Source: a phage
Assembly (NCBI GenBank): GCA_024571205.1
Contig: GCA_024571205.1_4523.1
Length of the DNA: 64,000 nt
Strand: one strand, 5' to 3'
A model generated the notes under the pieces. The model saw only the letters and a program-made list of their open reading frames with translations, was not told where the DNA came from and ran no database searches. Position numbers and translations under genes: made by a program. Of this stretch, positions 59,270-64,000 are shown one piece after another (position 1 is the stretch's first letter; each line of letters opens with the position of its first letter).

Positions 59270-60840
59270 TAAAAATCCTCTTGTTCTTGGTCGGGGTCTT
59301 GGAAACGAGCCTCTTTCGACTCTTCTTCAATTTGCTTAGCCTCTTGTTCAATTTCCTCGTCAGACATCTGAAGAATATCTTTCATAGCTGTTCTGTGAGA
59401 AATATATTTACCAATAAATGGTTCGGCCATCTGAAGCATATTAATGCGACGCTCCAGAATCTCAGCATCCTTTAATTCCGAGAAATAACTATCCCGATGA
59501 AATTTTATCTTAATATTATTTATTTCATCATTCCACTCATCTTCTGTAATAATTCCTTTAAGAATTAAATTAGTTTTAAGCGGGTCTAGGAATATCTCTT
59601 CAAATTTATGTTGCAGCTCACGAATAAATTTACCAAATGTCAATTCATCTCGTGTAATAGAAGTACCAGCATCAAACTGTATACCACCTTGGTCGCTTGG
59701 AATACGGGTAATAGGAATACGTAAAGCCATATAAAGCGCATTACGGAACCAACGTACATCTTCCATATTTCCGGTATTATCTGCACCCGGTAATGTATCA
59801 ACTTCTGTTACTGCTTTACCATCACGTCGTTGTAACCAATAATCTTCGGTCATCGACATAATATGCTGCTGGTTTTTAATCTTGCCTGTAGTAGCATCAT
59901 ATGCAATACGGTTTTTCATCGTATTCATAACATGTTGCATATGTTCTGCTGCTTTTCTTGAAGGCATATTACCTGTATCAACGTACCATACACGACGATC
60001 GGGAGCACGAGTAATACGATAAATTACAACAGCATCTTCAAGAAGTTTTAATTGGTTCGCCGGCTTAATAGCCCGATGCAAATAACCAATGATATTTTTA
60101 CCACAGCAATCAACTAAACCAGAATGGGCATAAACAATCGCGGCTTTAGGGATTTTTATTTTTGTGCCAGCTTCATATATGCGACCATCACAAGCATAAG
60201 ATTCGTGTGATGTGTCATAAATGAAATATTCTTTATAACCCTTGACTATTTTAACACCGGCTTCAGTGGTTGTAATAACTTCACGGACATATTGAACTTG
60301 ACGTGGGTCTAAACGACGAAGCTCTTTAATACCTTCTTTAGGGCGTTTAGGGTCAATAATTTTATGGAAGAAAATTCGAGAATCCACATACCAACGTCTA
60401 AAATGATCTGAACCTTTACGTTGGAAAGATAAATGATTTAACACTTCGTTAAATTCATCCAACATCATTGATTTGATATTTGGACTAAATTTTGTGTTGT
60501 CTAAATTTATAGAAACGACTTCTGTATCATCTTCATATACGATAGCATCGGAAACTATTTCGGAGACTGCATTATCCACTTCATAGTTCGTCATCAAATT
60601 TCGATACGTATCGATTAATTCACGGGTTGATTTGAGCCCTGGTTCTTGACTACCGAACATTCTCTGAAACATAGCATTATATGTTTGCTGTGCTTCATTT
60701 TCAGATACTTCGTATTCTTTCGCACCGTCGTCCAATTTTGGTGTGGTGATCGATTCTAAATTTTCTTTTTCTTGGTCTTTGTAATCACGTTCGTCCATTT
60801 TTGCCCATGGAGCAAACAAACTTAAGATATTAAATTTCAT
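59269..60840 (-). CDS. 20: gp20 portal vertex protein
   Basis: 523 aa, T4 gp20 length; late promoter at 60869-60876. Confidence 0.92.
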   Translation of the reverse strand: MKFNILSLFAPWAKMDERDYKDQEKENLESITTPKLDDGAKEYEVSENEAQQTYNAMFQRMFGSQEPGLKSTRELIDTYRNLMTNYEVDNAVSEIVSDAIVYEDDTEVVSINLDNTKFSPNIKSMMLDEFNEVLNHLSFQRKGSDHFRRWYVDSRIFFHKIIDPKRPKEGIKELRRLDPRQVQYVREVITTTEAGVKIVKGYKEYFIYDTSHESYACDGRIYEAGTKIKIPKAAIVYAHSGLVDCCGKNIIGYLHRAIKPANQLKLLEDAVVIYRITRAPDRRVWYVDTGNMPSRKAAEHMQHVMNTMKNRIAYDATTGKIKNQQHIMSMTEDYWLQRRDGKAVTEVDTLPGADNTGNMEDVRWFRNALYMALRIPITRIPSDQGGIQFDAGTSITRDELTFGKFIRELQHKFEEIFLDPLKTNLILKGIITEDEWNDEINNIKIKFHRDSYFSELKDAEILERRINMLQMAEPFIGKYISHRTAMKDILQMSDEEIEQEAKQIEEESKEARFQDPDQEQEDF

Positions 60841-60868
60841 TGTATTCTCCGAATGGGAATTATAGTTA

Positions 60869-60876
60869 TATTTATA
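60869..60876 (-). promoter_or_regulatory. late promoter for gene 20
   Basis: TATAAATA on the minus strand, 29 nt upstream of the gp20 start. Confidence 0.5.
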
Positions 60877-60924
60877 TGGACTTCTCCGTCATCACGGGAA
60901 GCTGGGGATTTCTCCCCAACCAGA

Positions 60925-61416
60925 TTATTCCCACCAATCAAGAGCAAGAGTTACTTCGAACGTTTCAATCTCGTTATTCGAATCCCAGTCAAGAGATACT
61001 TCACCAACGTTAGTAGGCCACAAGCCAACAATTTCAACTTCTTTAGTGACCGTTTTAGCATCACGAGCAAATTGACGAACGATAGCAGTCTTTTTATATT
61101 CAGCAGGTTTACCACCGGTAATTTCATTACCTTGGCCTGCTGCAATACCTTGCCAATCAACAAATTTCTGACGAATACTATGAGCATCGTCGTTCATTAC
61201 TGTAATAGTCCAATCATCGAATGTACGATCACCGGCCACGTTAATTTTACGGTTCATATAAGAAACAGGAACCTTTTCAACAATTGCAGCAGGAAGAGCC
61301 GTAGCACGACACTGGAAGCTAAAGTTTTGCCCAAGATAAGAGATTTCTACTTCGAACAGGTTAGGGCGAGCGAAATCACCAGATTCGAAGGCGCGAGTTA
61401 CATCATCTACAAACAT
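60925..61416 (-). CDS. 19: gp19 tail tube protein
   Basis: 163 aa, same length as T4 gp19. Confidence 0.9.
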   Translation of the reverse strand: MFVDDVTRAFESGDFARPNLFEVEISYLGQNFSFQCRATALPAAIVEKVPVSYMNRKINVAGDRTFDDWTITVMNDDAHSIRQKFVDWQGIAAGQGNEITGGKPAEYKKTAIVRQFARDAKTVTKEVEIVGLWPTNVGEVSLDWDSNNEIETFEVTLALDWWE

Positions 61417-61488
61417 ATTAGCCTCTGTAGTAATATGGGCTTAGGATTAACCAGATGCCCATAGAATTAATTTTTAAACGATATAGTA

Positions 61489-61496
61489 TATTTATA
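61489..61496 (-). promoter_or_regulatory. late promoter for gene 19
   Basis: TATAAATA on the minus strand in the 18-19 intergenic region. Confidence 0.45.
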
Positions 61497-61528
61497 TGGG
61501 CTACCGAAATAGCCCATCAGGCGTCTTA

Positions 61529-63511
61529 TTAACCACCTACAGCACCAATCAGTTCGTCGAAATCGGCACCAGTTGCTGTTGCTACAAAGTTCAACGTAAT
61601 ATAATTTATCGAGCGGGCAGGTTGTAAGTAGAAAGTAGCTACAAATTCATTACGGTCGATAACTGCTGGGGTGTTATTGGTAGTATCACAAACAACTTTA
61701 AAGTTATATACACCACCGAGAGCTTTAATACCCTGTAGATATTGAGAAGTCTCTGTACGGAAAGAAGAACGGGTAAATGCGTTGTTCAATTCAAACAGGC
61801 GATATTTAGATGCTGAACCAATGTTCGTTTTAACCATATTGAACAAACGACGAACGTTAATACGGTCAAATGGTGAAGGAACGGAAGTGGCAGTTTTATC
61901 GCCGTACAGAACATATCCGTCACCACCGGTACCAGTAACAGGGTTAATAGCTTCCTGATACAAACGATCACGTTGTGGTTGACGAGTTTCAATTGCAAGC
62001 TTAATAACGTTAAGAATTTGTCCACGGTTATAACCGGCCGGAGACATCCAAGGCTGAGAAATATTGTCTGTGCGAGCACAAAGACCGGCAATATCAGCAG
62101 CTAACGGAACCCAACGATTCACATCGTTATATTTGTCGTATTGATATTTATAGTTACCGTCAATAGCAGCATAAGTAGAACTTACATTAAAGTTATTATC
62201 AGTGTAAGATCCTGATGCAGTACGCCAATCAACCAGATTATCAACTGCACGATTAACAGGAATACCGACTATAGTTGCACGTGGTGGTGAGCAAAGAACC
62301 AAGCAATCTTGACGAGAATCACCAATTGCTACAACATGTTTCTGAACTGTAGAAGCAACTTCTAAAGATTCACCTGCACAAGAACCGGCAATAAACAACT
62401 GCGCATTAACAGATTCGCGGTCCGCAAACAAATCCCAAGCTTCCATTAAATCACCAGCGTCAACCGTTTCATTAGATGATAAGCCACCACTCAGTTTGAT
62501 TACACCAGAGAAACCTTTTGGCCAACCTTGTGCAGTAGCGAAAATATAATTGCTTGCGCCTTTAGCAAAGAAATCATCAATAAAGATATTACTACCATAA
62601 ATATCGCGTTCACCGCGTTTAGTAGAAAGAACTACACTCTGGACTACAGCATCGTTACGACGAACGATAATCGCATATTGGTCATCAGTTTGTGGGCCAT
62701 ACCCAAAGATTGCTTTAGCAGTAGATGCGCGAGTACCACCATCAGGATAAATTTTTAACTGGGCTGAAGCACCTTTGTCATAGTCTGCTTTAGATACGAT
62801 TTCAATTTCGAGCCGGTCGCCAAGTTCACCAGGATAAAGAGCAACTACGCCTGGGACACCATATTTTTTAATAGATTCTTGGAAAGTTAGAGAAGTAATA
62901 GCTTCTTCTGAAGTTTCAACTTCAGTCAACAGAATACCTGAATCGGTTACGATAGAACCAATTGTAATAACGCCAGAGAGTCCAGAAGAAGAACCGGCAA
63001 CTTCGGCGGTCCAGTTAGAACCTAATGCCGGATATTCATTAATTTCTTTTGCACGAGCAATAATTTTACCGGTTGGGATATAAATGTTAAGGATTTTACC
63101 ATCGACATCAACTGAAGTGACATAACCATCTGCTTCAACAGTTTCGGACAAATACTTAACGATAATTTTATCACCAACCGCATAGTTACTACCTGCAGCT
63201 GAGATTGTGAATTCGATATTGCCTGCTACAGGAGATGAGTTCTTAGCAGTATCACGATCAACTGCGCGTACAACACGAAGGTCATTACCGTATTGAAGGA
63301 AGTTCATAGCAGACATGAAATAATCTGCTGTATCCGTATTAGGAGTACCAAACATATCAACCAATGCAACTTCATCGGTGATTTGTTTAATCTGGAATGC
63401 AGGGCCCCATTGGAATTTTCCAGCCAGAGCAGCAGTACCAGTGGAGTTATTAACTACAGTACTCTGTACGGTAGTTTCTTTGAGCTCAACGCCCGGAGAG
63501 AGAAGTGACAT
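61529..63511 (-). CDS. 18: gp18 contractile tail sheath protein
   Basis: 660 aa, T4 gp18 length; late promoter at 63539-63546. Confidence 0.92.
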   Translation of the reverse strand: MSLLSPGVELKETTVQSTVVNNSTGTAALAGKFQWGPAFQIKQITDEVALVDMFGTPNTDTADYFMSAMNFLQYGNDLRVVRAVDRDTAKNSSPVAGNIEFTISAAGSNYAVGDKIIVKYLSETVEADGYVTSVDVDGKILNIYIPTGKIIARAKEINEYPALGSNWTAEVAGSSSGLSGVITIGSIVTDSGILLTEVETSEEAITSLTFQESIKKYGVPGVVALYPGELGDRLEIEIVSKADYDKGASAQLKIYPDGGTRASTAKAIFGYGPQTDDQYAIIVRRNDAVVQSVVLSTKRGERDIYGSNIFIDDFFAKGASNYIFATAQGWPKGFSGVIKLSGGLSSNETVDAGDLMEAWDLFADRESVNAQLFIAGSCAGESLEVASTVQKHVVAIGDSRQDCLVLCSPPRATIVGIPVNRAVDNLVDWRTASGSYTDNNFNVSSTYAAIDGNYKYQYDKYNDVNRWVPLAADIAGLCARTDNISQPWMSPAGYNRGQILNVIKLAIETRQPQRDRLYQEAINPVTGTGGDGYVLYGDKTATSVPSPFDRINVRRLFNMVKTNIGSASKYRLFELNNAFTRSSFRTETSQYLQGIKALGGVYNFKVVCDTTNNTPAVIDRNEFVATFYLQPARSINYITLNFVATATGADFDELIGAVGG

Positions 63512-63538
63512 TTTAATTCCTCTTAATTTGCTTTATTT

Positions 63539-64000
<462 letters not shown>

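Overview
This 64-kb window is a contiguous segment of a T4-like (T-even, Tevenvirinae) myovirus genome, collinear with phage T4 and densely coding on both strands. Protein identifications rest on reading the supplied translations against T4 proteins recalled from memory; no database search was run. In window order: 3' end of an early gene (probably gene 52), motA, a block of small early ORFs, asiA; then on the minus strand holin t, a T2-type gp38 adhesin and long-tail-fiber genes 37-36-35-34; then on the plus strand rnh, dsbA, 33, 59, 32, frd, td, nrdA, nrdB, denA, rnlA, alc, the spanin pair, pseT, a class-I DAHP synthase, cd, 31, rIII, a block of small ORFs including a NADAR-domain and a HAD-type protein, DNA ligase 30 and alt; then minus-strand baseplate genes 54-48-29-28-27-51, plus-strand 26, 25, uvsY, minus-strand uvsW.1/uvsW, plus-strand inh-like, hoc, rnlB, and minus-strand head and tail genes 24, 23, 22, 21, 68, 67, 20, 19, 18 and the 3' end of terminase gene 17. 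Early sigma70-type promoters (GTTTAC..N16-17..TAnTAT), MotA-box middle promoters, late promoters (TATAAATA) and UUCG-tetraloop terminators are readable throughout. I found no rRNA, tRNA, CRISPR array or integrase. I see no evidence of a wholly new multi-gene system; the most interesting departures from the T4 layout are (1) an intact DAHP synthase gene inserted next to cd, (2) a self-contained promoter-ORF-terminator cassette antisense between head genes 24 and 23, (3) a T2-type gp38 adhesin with a gp37 carrying a C-terminal chaperone-like domain, (4) a Hoc with four Ig-like repeats, (5) intronless td and nrdB with no homing-endonuclease genes at the T4 positions, and (6) recurring terminator-hairpin plus early-promoter cassettes bordering the variable small-ORF blocks.
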